Shown piece after piece: positions 32,992-42,498 of a DNA stretch of 64,000 nucleotides. Position 1 is the first letter of the stretch. Every line of letters begins with the position of its first letter. The stretch lies in the IMG/VR virus record IMGVR_UViG_3300031555_010858, positions 138,637 to 202,636 of that record; one strand, 5' to 3'. A program made the position numbers and the translations under genes. The DNA comes from a virus (lineage: Duplodnaviria > Caudoviricetes). The notes under the pieces are model-generated. The model had not been told where the DNA came from and searched no databases. It saw only the letters and a program-made list of their open reading frames with translations.

Positions 32992-33433
32992 ATTCATAAT
33001 ATTTAGGAACTTTATTAAAAGCATCTGCTATTTGATCAAATCCTTTTTTATAAAGGAATGATGCTAATAACTGATCAGCTTTAAGATGTGCTACATTTAC
33101 ACTCATATTACCTTCTTCAACCTGTTCAGCTAAAGATATTAATTCTAATTCAATTATTTCTGCATCGTCATATATTATTTCACATATAAAGAAGTGTTCA
33201 CTTTTTTCTATTCCAACAACTTTGAATGTTCTATTACGTTTATCTTTATTGTAATATAATATAATTTTATCTCCTACATTACATGGAATATATTTAACTC
33301 CATCATAATCTATAGGTTCTACTGGAAGACCATTTGAACCAACTACAACAGTTTTACAGTCTATACTTTTTTCTAAAACTAATCCTAATCCATTATCCTC
33401 ATGTCTAGCCATTAAAACTTGATTATTTTGCAT
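32990..33433 (-). CDS. Hypothetical protein
   Basis: ORF with SD GGAGAGG, ending at a bidirectional hairpin. Confidence 0.7.
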   Translation of the reverse strand: MQNNQVLMARHEDNGLGLVLEKSIDCKTVVVGSNGLPVEPIDYDGVKYIPCNVGDKIILYYNKDKRNRTFKVVGIEKSEHFFICEIIYDDAEIIELELISLAEQVEEGNMSVNVAHLKADQLLASFLYKKGFDQIADAFNKVPKYYE

Positions 33434-33447
33434 TATTTAATCCTCTC

Positions 33448-34386
33448 CTATCTATAAAGATTTCTTAACATTTTTTCTCCAGATTTTTCTATTATAGGTT
33501 CTAATTGCATTTGATTAAACATTCTATCAGCACCTCTTCTAACTGTATTAACCATAAATATAAAATATACCATAGATTCAAGACAGAATGGTGCAGCTTC
33601 TCCATACATAGAAATATATGTATATAAATAGTTTCTTAGTTGTAATTTTCCTTCAAATCCTAAATGTAGTCTTTCATCACCTAATGCTTGTATAAATGTA
33701 CTTATATCTTGATAAGCTTCTTCATCAACTATAGCATCTACTTCTTGTAATGTATAAGGTGATACACGATTTGCTATTTTAGTTCCCACATTAAGTATAT
33801 ATTCATCGTTATCTATTCCTAATACATTTTTTAAATAAAATTTAGATGCTAAAAATAATACTTTACCTTCTCTTGTAGTATCTAAGTTAGTATTAAACAT
33901 TTTATTTATTGGTTTTATAAATATATTAGCATACATCAATGCACCTTGTTGTCTAACTAAAGTATCATTTTTTACTGCATTATAATTATCTGCAAAGTTT
34001 TTAGCTAAATATGCACTTTCTAATAAAGTATATAAAACATTACCTCTTATATTTAATAATCCATCAGATCTTTTACCACAGAATGGATTTAAAAATATTA
34101 TAACCTTATGACCCATTTGCGAAGGTACTAATATAAAAGGCATTAATTTTGATAACTGAACATTATCAGCATATATTAATTCTATTCTTCCTTCTTTAAA
34201 TTCAGTTAATACTCTTTGTTTTAATAAAGATTTTTCATAGTTTTTTATATATACAAACTGTTCTAATAAATCTTGTTCAGTATATCTTTTACCACTTGAG
34301 GCAGCATCATTTATTTTACTAGTTAAAGTATTTCCACCTAGGTTTTTAAATAAATATGTACTAGTTATAGGTTTATATCCTGCCAT
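33448..34386 (-). CDS. Hypothetical protein (late-type promoter)
   Basis: ATG at 34386 after SD AAGGAG; AACA-N6-TA at 34426-34437. Confidence 0.75.
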   Translation of the reverse strand: MAGYKPITSTYLFKNLGGNTLTSKINDAASSGKRYTEQDLLEQFVYIKNYEKSLLKQRVLTEFKEGRIELIYADNVQLSKLMPFILVPSQMGHKVIIFLNPFCGKRSDGLLNIRGNVLYTLLESAYLAKNFADNYNAVKNDTLVRQQGALMYANIFIKPINKMFNTNLDTTREGKVLFLASKFYLKNVLGIDNDEYILNVGTKIANRVSPYTLQEVDAIVDEEAYQDISTFIQALGDERLHLGFEGKLQLRNYLYTYISMYGEAAPFCLESMVYFIFMVNTVRRGADRMFNQMQLEPIIEKSGEKMLRNLYR

Positions 34387-34425
34387 AAACTGTATCAACT
34401 CCTTTATATTTATTTAGCTTAATCT

Positions 34426-34437
34426 TACTAAATTGTT
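34426..34437 (-). promoter_or_regulatory. AR9-type late promoter AACA-N6-TA
   Basis: AACA-ATTTAG-TA. Confidence 0.6.
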
Positions 34438-34444
34438 TTAGCAT

Positions 34445-34488
34445 AAAAAATATAGACAGTTGGTATTTTCAGATACCAACTGTCTATA
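34445..34488 (-). terminator. Intrinsic terminator
   Basis: TATAGACAGTTGGTAT / ATACCAACTGTCTATA 16-bp stem with U6 on minus; no protein gene ends here. Confidence 0.75.
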
Positions 34489-34638
34489 CAAAATTAAATA
34501 TGAGTTTATGGGAGGTTTTTGGGTTAAGTTGTTCATTGAAAATGAACGTACCGTCCTAACCCAAAGTCAATTATTAACAACTTATTTTTCCACTCCTCCC
34601 TTTGGAGGGAGTCGTTTCGTTAATTAATGCTTTGCATT
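34445..34638 (-). ncRNA. Candidate ~190-nt structured small RNA
   Basis: Own AACA-N6-TA promoter (34638-34649), three GC-enriched stem-loops, then a 16-bp terminator stem with U6; no convincing ORF. Confidence 0.55.
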
Positions 34639-34649
34639 AATAAGTTGTT
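34638..34649 (-). promoter_or_regulatory. AR9-type late promoter AACA-N6-TA heading the candidate sRNA
   Basis: AACA-ACTTAT-TA. Confidence 0.55.
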
Positions 34650-34736
34650 GTACTGTTGATAATTTATAATACACTTTTTATAACATTTAATTCATATAAT
34701 AATTGATACAATTAAATGAAATTATAATTTTTTACT

Positions 34737-34748
34737 AACATTATGATA
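34737..34748 (+). promoter_or_regulatory. AR9-type promoter AACA-N6-TA
   Basis: AACA-TTATGA-TA upstream of the nuclease operon. Confidence 0.6.
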
Positions 34749-34775
34749 AATTGAATATTAAAAGGAGGAATAATT

Positions 34776-35108
34776 ATGAAAACGACATTTACATTATTCA
34801 AAGAAGTTTTTGGAGATGAGAAAATATTTTTATATATTGAAGAATTACCTGAAGAAAAGACTTATTATATAAAAGTAGAAGGTGATATTATAGAAGAAGA
34901 ATTAAGTAAAATATCATTACCTGATAGATTAAAAGATGACTTACGAGGAGATATAGTAAATATAGTTAAAGGTTATAATATAATGATGAGTGGGAAAATA
35001 TATAACGAACAAAATAATGAATTATGTAAAGAATATTTTAGGTTTGCTTTAAAAAAATTTTGCCAATTACATGGAAGTTTTTATAAATTTAAAGAAGAAC
35101 TTATATAA
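34776..35108 (+). CDS. Hypothetical protein
   Basis: SD AAGGAGG; first gene of the nuclease operon. Confidence 0.7.
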   Translation: MKTTFTLFKEVFGDEKIFLYIEELPEEKTYYIKVEGDIIEEELSKISLPDRLKDDLRGDIVNIVKGYNIMMSGKIYNEQNNELCKEYFRFALKKFCQLHGSFYKFKEELI

Positions 35109-35121
35109 TAGGAGGTAGTAT

Positions 35122-35769
35122 ATGGGAAAATATTCAGATCATTCAACTTATATGAATGAAGAGGAGGTAGAAGTACCTTCAGTTACAACTATTATGAAAA
35201 TATTAAATAAACCCTTTATTGCTAAATGGGCTAATAGTTTAGGATGGAAAAGACAATCTTATGATAAGGTTCTAGAAGAATCTGCAAATAAAGGAACGTT
35301 TGTTCATGAACTTTTACATGAATATTTATTTAAAGAAGGAAAAGAATTTGATATAAGTAACCCGGATACAGTAAACTTTATATATGAAAATATAAATGCT
35401 TTTAAGGATTATTTAAAGACAGTTGAGCTTGAACCGATATGGGGAGAGAAATCATATAGTACTACACGTTATGGTGGTACAATAGACCTTTTATGTAAAA
35501 TTAATGGTGATTTAACAATTCTAGATTTTAAAACATCTAAAAGATTTTATTCATCACATTTTATTCAACTAGGTGCTTATATTCAATTATTAGAGAAACA
35601 TGATATATATGTAGAGCAAGTTGGTATATGTAGAATAAAAGACGGTGAAGTTAATGTTAAATTTAAACATAGAAGTGAAATGGAAGATTATATAGATTTA
35701 TTTAATAAGTTGACAGATGTGTTTTATATGGTTTATGAATTAAATAAAGAATGGGGTGATTTATTATAA
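35122..35769 (+). CDS. PD-(D/E)XK exonuclease (RecB/Cas4-like phage nuclease)
   Basis: PSVTTI, GTFVH, GGTIDLL, ILDFKTS and QLGAY motifs. Confidence 0.8.
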   Translation: MGKYSDHSTYMNEEEVEVPSVTTIMKILNKPFIAKWANSLGWKRQSYDKVLEESANKGTFVHELLHEYLFKEGKEFDISNPDTVNFIYENINAFKDYLKTVELEPIWGEKSYSTTRYGGTIDLLCKINGDLTILDFKTSKRFYSSHFIQLGAYIQLLEKHDIYVEQVGICRIKDGEVNVKFKHRSEMEDYIDLFNKLTDVFYMVYELNKEWGDLL

Positions 35770-36911
35770 TGATTAAAAGGTTTTTAGTAGTGGGTGATAT
35801 CCATTTTGGGTATTACCCTCCTGAATTGCTTTATAAAGAATTTCAATTAATTATCGATAATCTAAAAGATATCGATTGTGTTGTTATCGCAGGAGATTAT
35901 TATGATACAAAGTTATCAATGTCAAGTGCACATGCAATGTATTCAGTAAAAGCATTTTCGGATTTAATTAAAGTATGTGAGCAGAATGATATTAAAGTTA
36001 GACAAATTAGAGGAACTAGTTCACATGATCCTGAAAATCAATTAAAGAATTTAGCACAGATAGCTAATAGTAGCCAATGTGATTATAAATTAATATTAAC
36101 AGTTGACGAAGAGGAATTATTTCCAGGAATAAATATATTATATATTCCTGAAGAATATATGGAAGATTATAAAGATTATTATAAAGAATATTTTAACAAG
36201 AAATATCAATTTATATTTGGGCATGGAATGTTCGAAGAAACTAATTTTTCTTCAAAGAATAAATATCAAACTATGAAAAAATATCCAGTATTCAATTCTA
36301 AAGATATGGAAGATATATGTGAAGGACCTATAGTATTCGGTCATATTCATACAGCACAAAGAATAAGAAATAGAATTCAATATACAGGAAGTTTAGTTAG
36401 AAGTAGATTTGGTGAAGAAGAGGCTAAAGGTTTTTATATAGTAGAATTTGATAGTGAAACTAAAGAATCTAATTTTGAATTTATTGAAAACGAAAATACT
36501 ATGAGATATGATACGATAGAGATAAATCCAGATAATAATGTATTTTCATTAATGATAAACGAACAGATAAATTACTTTAAAAACCTAGTTAATACTTATA
36601 AAAAAGACTACTTAAGAATAAAAATAAATACACCAGAGAATATGATGAATTCAGCAACTTTTGTTGATAACATGAACGTAGTATTTCATGATATGAAAAA
36701 CGTTAAAATACAGATTATAGAAAATAGTAAAGTTAAATTAGACAAAGAACTTAGAGAAAAGGTTAATTTATTGATGGATAAGTATAATTTTATATTCGAT
36801 AAATCTGTAGGCTACGATGAAAAGATAAGAGAATATATAAAACTTAAAACAGGAAAAGAAATAAGTTTAGAAAGGATCAGGTCAATGATCTCTGGTAATG
36901 CTAGTAAATAA
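35769..36911 (+). CDS. SbcD/Mre11-like metallophosphoesterase nuclease
   Basis: GDIHFG, AGDYYD, GTSSHD, FGHG and GHIH calcineurin-like motifs; YTGS. Confidence 0.85.
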   Translation: MIKRFLVVGDIHFGYYPPELLYKEFQLIIDNLKDIDCVVIAGDYYDTKLSMSSAHAMYSVKAFSDLIKVCEQNDIKVRQIRGTSSHDPENQLKNLAQIANSSQCDYKLILTVDEEELFPGINILYIPEEYMEDYKDYYKEYFNKKYQFIFGHGMFEETNFSSKNKYQTMKKYPVFNSKDMEDICEGPIVFGHIHTAQRIRNRIQYTGSLVRSRFGEEEAKGFYIVEFDSETKESNFEFIENENTMRYDTIEINPDNNVFSLMINEQINYFKNLVNTYKKDYLRIKINTPENMMNSATFVDNMNVVFHDMKNVKIQIIENSKVKLDKELREKVNLLMDKYNFIFDKSVGYDEKIREYIKLKTGKEISLERIRSMISGNASK

Positions 36912-36913
36912 AA

Positions 36914-36957
36914 TGTTTGGAGGCTAGTCGACGGTCTCCAAGCAGTGATTTTTTATT
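36914..36957 (+). terminator. Terminator-like hairpin after the SbcD-like gene
   Basis: TGTTTGGAGGC / GTCTCCAAGCA with G.U pairs on plus, then a T-run. Confidence 0.5.
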
Positions 36958-36961
36958 TAAT

Positions 36962-36973
36962 AACATTATTATA
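36962..36973 (+). promoter_or_regulatory. AR9-type promoter AACA-N6-TA
   Basis: AACA-TTATTA-TA upstream of the DnaB-like helicase. Confidence 0.55.
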
Positions 36974-37058
36974 ACTGAATGATAAAATTGTATTTTAAAT
37001 ATAACAAATAAAATAATTAAAAATATGATTTTTTTAAATCGAAAGGAGATATGAGTTT

Positions 37059-39005
37059 ATGGAGAATATAAATTTATCACCAACGACAATCCATGGAGAT
37101 GGATCTATGTCAGGAAACAATTTAATACAAACTAATGGGAAAAATAAATTTTTAGATAATTATAATAGAATGAAAAAATCTGATACGGAGCAATTATTAA
37201 TGGGATTACCTGAATTTGTAATTAAGGATATGGTTTTATATTTTTTATTAGATGAATATCCAAAAAGAAATAATTACATTACAGGAGTTTTAGAAGTGTT
37301 CGTAAATCAATTGAATTTGAAAGATATAAAGGACGTTAAAATATTTGATATGGTGCAATGGTGTAAAACTGCAATAGAGGCAAGAAATAAAGGAATATGT
37401 TCGGGATATGCATTTTTAGATTATTGTGATACAGGAGTAGATAAAGAAATAGGGTATTTAGATTTAATGAAACATGTTAAAAATGAATTACCTATAAGTG
37501 AATATTTAACAGGTATGACAGATGAAGATATGTATAAATTTTTATCAGAGTCAGCTTTTAATTATATGGTAAATAGAATAACAAAGAATAAATTTTTATT
37601 TGAACAATGTGAAGATTATGAAGCATTACAAGCTACAATTGATGGATTAAGAGAAGGTAAAGACGTTGAAGAAGAATATCTTAATCTTAAAAAGAAAATA
37701 GAAAGAAATAGAGAAAAATATTATAGAATAAATCTTGGAAGTAAAGTTGGTAAAAGTGCTTTAGAAACAGGATTTACAGCAAACTTAAATGAAGAAGAAT
37801 GTAGAGATGAAAACCAAAGAAATTTACAATTACAAGTAAATGGTTGTAATAAATTTAAATTTGGTCATCGTTGGTTAAATATGATAACTGGTGGTGGTTT
37901 AGAATCAAAACAATTAATGGTTTATGGAGCACCTTCAGGAAATGGTAAAACTACAATGATGATAAGTTCTGCAATAGATATGGCATTATATAATCCACAA
38001 GTTAAACATGAACCAGGTTTAACTCCATGTATATTATATATATCTGCAGAAACAGGTGTTGAAGATATAAAAGGAAGATATATTAAAATGTTAACAGGAA
38101 CTGATATAACTTGGGAAGATCCGTTAACAAGAGAAAAAATGAAATTAACTGACGAAGAGATAGAAAATGAATTAGTTGAAGCAAGTAGAATATTATCAAG
38201 ACATACACCAACTAAAATAAGATTTATACAAGTACCAAATAACTCTTATTCTAAAAATGAAATAATAAGAGATATAGAAATATTAAGAGAGTCTGAAAAA
38301 TTACAAGTAGTAGCAGTAATAGCCGATTATATAAAAGGTTTCAGACCTGTAGAAAATCATGCAGAAAACAGAATAAGAATAGATAATATAACTTCAGATT
38401 TACGTGCTTTAGCAATAGAATGTGACGTAGCAGTTATAACTGCATCACAAGTTAAAGTTGAAATGAGTAATGAAGTATTTAAAGCAAGAGGAAAAATGAA
38501 TACAAGTGTTATACCTAGAGACTGTCCTGAGACAGTATTCTCTGAATCAAAAGGTGTTGTTGAATGTGCAGATTTCGCTTTAGTATTTGCACAAACATCT
38601 GAAACATATGAAAGAGATGAATTATCAGATTCAATACATTTTACACATTTAGAAGCTCTTGTAATAAAATCAAGAGCAGGGAAACATAATGCCGCAAGAT
38701 GTTTTATACCTTATGTTGAAGGAAGTCAAATAGCATTCCAAAAAGATGCTGATTTATTAGATGAAAATGGAAAACCAGTATGGTTAACAGTTAAAGAGTT
38801 ACAATTTAAAGGAGATAAAGAAGAATTAGAAAAACATAGTAGTAAGAAAAATAATAATTCTTCTTCATTATTTGCAAATGCGGCTAGAAAGAAACAAGCG
38901 ACAATAACACCAGATTGTACATTAGGAAAAGAAACAAATGTTTTAGATTCACTACCTGAAGCTGAATTTGGTAACCCAGCTTTAGCTGGTATGATAGCAG
39001 CTTAA
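37059..39005 (+). CDS. DnaB-like (SF4) replicative helicase
   Basis: Walker A GAPSGNGKTT, YISAE, IADYI, TASQ and KSR arginine finger; long divergent N-terminal region. Confidence 0.85.
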   Translation: MENINLSPTTIHGDGSMSGNNLIQTNGKNKFLDNYNRMKKSDTEQLLMGLPEFVIKDMVLYFLLDEYPKRNNYITGVLEVFVNQLNLKDIKDVKIFDMVQWCKTAIEARNKGICSGYAFLDYCDTGVDKEIGYLDLMKHVKNELPISEYLTGMTDEDMYKFLSESAFNYMVNRITKNKFLFEQCEDYEALQATIDGLREGKDVEEEYLNLKKKIERNREKYYRINLGSKVGKSALETGFTANLNEEECRDENQRNLQLQVNGCNKFKFGHRWLNMITGGGLESKQLMVYGAPSGNGKTTMMISSAIDMALYNPQVKHEPGLTPCILYISAETGVEDIKGRYIKMLTGTDITWEDPLTREKMKLTDEEIENELVEASRILSRHTPTKIRFIQVPNNSYSKNEIIRDIEILRESEKLQVVAVIADYIKGFRPVENHAENRIRIDNITSDLRALAIECDVAVITASQVKVEMSNEVFKARGKMNTSVIPRDCPETVFSESKGVVECADFALVFAQTSETYERDELSDSIHFTHLEALVIKSRAGKHNAARCFIPYVEGSQIAFQKDADLLDENGKPVWLTVKELQFKGDKEELEKHSSKKNNNSSSLFANAARKKQATITPDCTLGKETNVLDSLPEAEFGNPALAGMIAA

Positions 39006-39169
39006 TATTTAAATAACAAATGATGAATAATTAGATTATTTTTTAACTTTAAACTTTATATTAAGATTACCTATGTAGTTTGTAGGTAGGGGATGGTAAC
39101 ATTACATCCTTTCGATTAATACTTTGGTATTAATCGGTCTTAATAACAAAATAGAGATTGAATGAGTTT

Positions 39170-39607
39170 TTACTCATTCAATCTCTTTATTATCGAAACT
39201 TCATTTTCAATGAAATTTTCTGATTCAATAACCATTATTTCATTTAATAATGTTATTACTGAAGGTTTAAAAACTGTAACTTCTGTAAAGTCAAAATTGA
39301 TAACAGAATAGACATGATTTAATCTTAATAACATATAATGTAATTCTATAGTACCATATAAGTCTTTAGATAGTAATCTAGGATTAAATCTATATTTCAT
39401 TTGTTCTTCTTCAGATAATACAACTCTTGCAGTATGTTCTAATAATAATTCATAGTATTTTTCGTATAAATTATACATATTGACAACAATTTTTTCACCT
39501 ACACTATTAACCATAATTTCTTTTAAAGAAAGTTCTCTGTTTATTATTTTTAAGTTTTTACCTTCATCTATAATACTTTTTATTGTTGACCTATTTCTAT
39601 AGGACAT
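39170..39607 (-). CDS. Putative baseplate wedge protein (T4 gp53/LysM-like)
   Basis: YRFNPRLLSKDLYGTIELHYMLLRLN resembles the gp53/LysM-type RPDxxSxxxYG...L..N pattern. Confidence 0.5.
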   Translation of the reverse strand: MSYRNRSTIKSIIDEGKNLKIINRELSLKEIMVNSVGEKIVVNMYNLYEKYYELLLEHTARVVLSEEEQMKYRFNPRLLSKDLYGTIELHYMLLRLNHVYSVINFDFTEVTVFKPSVITLLNEIMVIESENFIENEVSIIKRLNE

Positions 39608-39620
39608 TCACATCACCTCA

Positions 39621-40067
39621 TTATATAAAGTTCGTTAGATAAGCATCGTTTATATTACCATCCATAAAACAAACTATCATCTGAGCACCTTTTGGTAAAT
39701 AAGCTTCTACTATATGACCGTCTATAAATGTCATTTCATCCCCCCGACAATCTTTTATTAATACGTGATTTACTACCTTACATCCACATTCTTTTTTCTT
39801 TAATACCGCAGATTTAGATAACTCTAATCCTGAGAATGTTTTTACAGTTATAGTATCTAATAGTTTTATAGGGTTTACTACTTTAGGTTTACATTCAGGG
39901 TCATTCACCAATATAGATTCGTTTGCTCTAACAGTACATTTACTTGTATCTATATTTAATTTAGGTATATATACTTTAACACTGTCTGCTGGTAAATAAG
40001 TTTTCTCAGCTATTATACAGTATTCTAATTGATTTATTTGAATATCATTCATATTTGTTATATCCAT
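39621..40067 (-). CDS. Putative baseplate hub/spike OB-fold protein (gp5/VgrG N-terminal-like)
   Basis: VKVYIPKL and LPKGAQMIVCFMDGN resemble gp5 OB-fold motifs; adjacent to the gp53-like gene. Confidence 0.45.
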   Translation of the reverse strand: MDITNMNDIQINQLEYCIIAEKTYLPADSVKVYIPKLNIDTSKCTVRANESILVNDPECKPKVVNPIKLLDTITVKTFSGLELSKSAVLKKKECGCKVVNHVLIKDCRGDEMTFIDGHIVEAYLPKGAQMIVCFMDGNINDAYLTNFI

Positions 40068-40145
40068 AATTTTACCTCCTGTATACGATATTTATAATAT
40101 TGTATAATTTCATAGACAATAAATTATTTAAGGAGGTATGATAAT

Positions 40146-41333
40146 ATGGGAATAATATTAAATGACCAGCAAGAGGAATGTGTTAAACTTGCAGTTAAAT
40201 GGTATAAGAATTATTCGTCAAAACAGACATTTGAAATTAGTGGACCTGCAGGGTCGGGTAAAACAACTATAGTTAGAACGATAATACAAGAATTGGGATT
40301 GAAAATGGAAGATGTATTATTTGTCGCTTATGTTGGTAAAGCGGCATTACAATTAACACGAAGTGGTGTTAATGGAAGAACTATTCATAGTGCGTTTTAT
40401 AATATAGAATTTGTACCAGTAAAAGATGAGGACGGAAAAGCCGTAATTAAGAATGGTAGGGTTGTAACAAGACCGGAGTTTATTAAAAAGGAACAAATTC
40501 CTAGTAATATTAAATTGATAGTTATAGATGAAGCTCCTATGGTAAATGAATCATTTGGAGATGATATTGAATCATTTGACGTACCTATAATATGTCTAGG
40601 AGATTTACAACAATTACCTCCTGTAATAGGAGGAACTAAATATCTCATTAGACCTGATTATGTATTGACTAAGATAATGCGTCAAGCAGAAGGAAATCCT
40701 ATAATATATTTAAGTCAATTAGCTTCTAGAGGTGAACATATTCCATATGGTAAATATGGTGACAAATGTTATGTTATACCAAAGGATAAAGTTAATGACA
40801 ATATGTTATTAAGGGCAGATATGATATTAACACCTACAAATGCTAGTAGAGCTAGAATTAATAAGTATATTAGAGAAGAACTTAGATGTATAGAATCAGA
40901 ATTACCTGTTATAGGTGAAAAACTTATATGTAGAAAAAATAATAGAAATAGGATAGTAGGTGACGGTGTATATCTAGTAAATGGTATGTTGGGATTTGTT
41001 AAAGATGTGAACAAGTCAACATATAATGGTAAAACAGTAGATATAACATTTGTACCTGATTTTAATGAAGATTTAATATTTAACAATGTAAGAATAGATT
41101 ATAAAAGTTTAATTCAAAGTATACAACTTGATAACGATCATAAGAAAGGTTATTCTATGTTTGATATGTTTGAATTTGGAGATTGTATAACAGTACATCT
41201 TTCTCAGGGTTCTCAAGCAGAAAATGTTTTATTTATATCAGAACCATTTGGAAGAGGTGATAGGGATATACAAAACAAATTAAACTATACAGGAATAACT
41301 AGAGCAAGTGAAGGTTTAATATATGCCTATTAA
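40146..41333 (+). CDS. Dda/RecD2-like SF1B helicase
   Basis: GPAGSGKTT, IDEA, GDLQQLPPV, IMRQA, TVHLSQGS and YTGITRA motifs. Confidence 0.9.
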   Translation: MGIILNDQQEECVKLAVKWYKNYSSKQTFEISGPAGSGKTTIVRTIIQELGLKMEDVLFVAYVGKAALQLTRSGVNGRTIHSAFYNIEFVPVKDEDGKAVIKNGRVVTRPEFIKKEQIPSNIKLIVIDEAPMVNESFGDDIESFDVPIICLGDLQQLPPVIGGTKYLIRPDYVLTKIMRQAEGNPIIYLSQLASRGEHIPYGKYGDKCYVIPKDKVNDNMLLRADMILTPTNASRARINKYIREELRCIESELPVIGEKLICRKNNRNRIVGDGVYLVNGMLGFVKDVNKSTYNGKTVDITFVPDFNEDLIFNNVRIDYKSLIQSIQLDNDHKKGYSMFDMFEFGDCITVHLSQGSQAENVLFISEPFGRGDRDIQNKLNYTGITRASEGLIYAY

Positions 41334-41345
41334 GGAGATGATTAA

Positions 41346-41513
41346 ATGATACCAGCAAATTTACAGAAAGCCTTTAAAGGTACAGGGAGGTCTGCTAACT
41401 ATAAACCTCCCGAAACCAAGGAGGAGAGAATAGAGAGATTGATGAAACAATTAGGTATAGAAAAACATGGAAAGGGAAAAAGAAAAAAGAAGAAAGGTGG
41501 TAAAAGGAAATGA
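41346..41513 (+). CDS. Small basic protein (55 aa), not in the ORF track
   Basis: MIPANLQKAFKGTGRSANYKPPETKEERIERLMKQLGIEKHGKGKRKKKKGGKRK; SD AAGGAG; ATGA overlap with the next gene. Confidence 0.6.
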   Translation: MIPANLQKAFKGTGRSANYKPPETKEERIERLMKQLGIEKHGKGKRKKKKGGKRK

Positions 41514-41788
41514 ATAAACCAGTAATAGATGCGATAGCTGCAGAAGCAGGAGGATATGAAAATATAGTTGGTATAAGATGTGCCAATGGAACAAAATTCT
41601 ATTTTGGTAGATATGCTTTAAAAGGAGAAGATTTTGTAAATATGGGTGGATGTGATATTCTTAAACTTAGACATAAGGATACACAGAATCGTGAGGCTAT
41701 ATCATATCTTGACGTAGATGAAATAGTTCAAGTTTATGTAGTAATGGACCTAGAAGTAGGTATAACATTAAGAGATGTGCTCGATTAA
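41510..41788 (+). CDS. Hypothetical protein
   Basis: ORF translationally coupled to the upstream small gene. Confidence 0.7.
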   Translation: MNKPVIDAIAAEAGGYENIVGIRCANGTKFYFGRYALKGEDFVNMGGCDILKLRHKDTQNREAISYLDVDEIVQVYVVMDLEVGITLRDVLD

Positions 41789-41805
41789 AATTTTATAAAT
41801 ATATA

Positions 41806-41817
41806 AACAAATGTCTA
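41806..41817 (+). promoter_or_regulatory. AR9-type promoter AACA-N6-TA
   Basis: AACA-AATGTC-TA, in tandem with an early-type motif. Confidence 0.55.
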
Positions 41818-41834
41818 AAGTGTAAAACGTAAAA

Positions 41835-41860
41835 TTTCAGTACTATATTATATAAGTGAA
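41835..41860 (+). promoter_or_regulatory. Early-type phage promoter motif
   Basis: TTTCAGTACTATATTAT-ATAAG-TGAA. Confidence 0.7.
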
Positions 41861-41936
41861 TATAGAAAATAATTATAATACATTTCTATGTTCCATGAAT
41901 AAAAAATATATTAAAATTATTAGGAGGTAACAACTT

Positions 41937-42407
41937 ATGAGCCAATTAAATAATAATGTAAATAATAATAATGTACAAGGAACAGGAAACAAAGTAGCAG
42001 AAGAATTAAGACAAATGAAAATAGAAAGACAACAATTAGACAAACGTGACAAAATGATCAGATTTAGATGTGATCATAAAGATTCTCATGGAAGACCTGC
42101 AGTACAACCAGGTAAAGAAGATGGAACTCTTGTTTGTAGAATTTGTGGAACAGTTATAAATGCTAGAGTACAAACAACAGTAGAGGTAGATCGTAAACTA
42201 CGTGAAGTTTTAAATATAATAGAAAGTATCAAAATAGCAAGTAATTCAGAATTAACTCCAAGCTTAGCTAAGATAGAAGAAGGTGTTGATTCATTATTAG
42301 CTCTTTATGAAAAAGTTATCCTTAAACAAGGAAATGCTAATAAGAATAAAGGAAATAACAACAACAACAATCAAAGAAGAGCTGCATACGGAAGTAGCAA
42401 GCTTTAA
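41937..42407 (+). CDS. Putative zinc-finger protein with Asn-rich termini
   Basis: CDH...CRIC motif; strong SD; both promoter types upstream. Confidence 0.6.
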   Translation: MSQLNNNVNNNNVQGTGNKVAEELRQMKIERQQLDKRDKMIRFRCDHKDSHGRPAVQPGKEDGTLVCRICGTVINARVQTTVEVDRKLREVLNIIESIKIASNSELTPSLAKIEEGVDSLLALYEKVILKQGNANKNKGNNNNNNQRRAAYGSSKL

Positions 42408-42412
42408 GATAT

Positions 42413-42446
42413 AATAGAGGATAGAAATATCTATCCTCTATTTTTT
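42413..42446 (+). terminator. Intrinsic terminator
   Basis: AATAGAGGATAG / CTATCCTCTATT plus T-run. Confidence 0.7.
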
Positions 42447-42498
42447 ATGTTCCAAATAACAATTTAACACCAAAATAAAATTATTAGGAGGTAATAAT

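Noticed and set aside
35122-35769. Cas4 of a CRISPR-Cas system
   Set aside because: It lacks the four-Cys Fe-S motif and any cas or array context; it sits with SbcD-like and helicase genes as a phage recombination nuclease.
39059-39145. tRNA gene
   Set aside because: Cloverleaf-like, but stem and loop sizes are wrong and there is no TTCRA T-loop, D-loop GG or CCA end.
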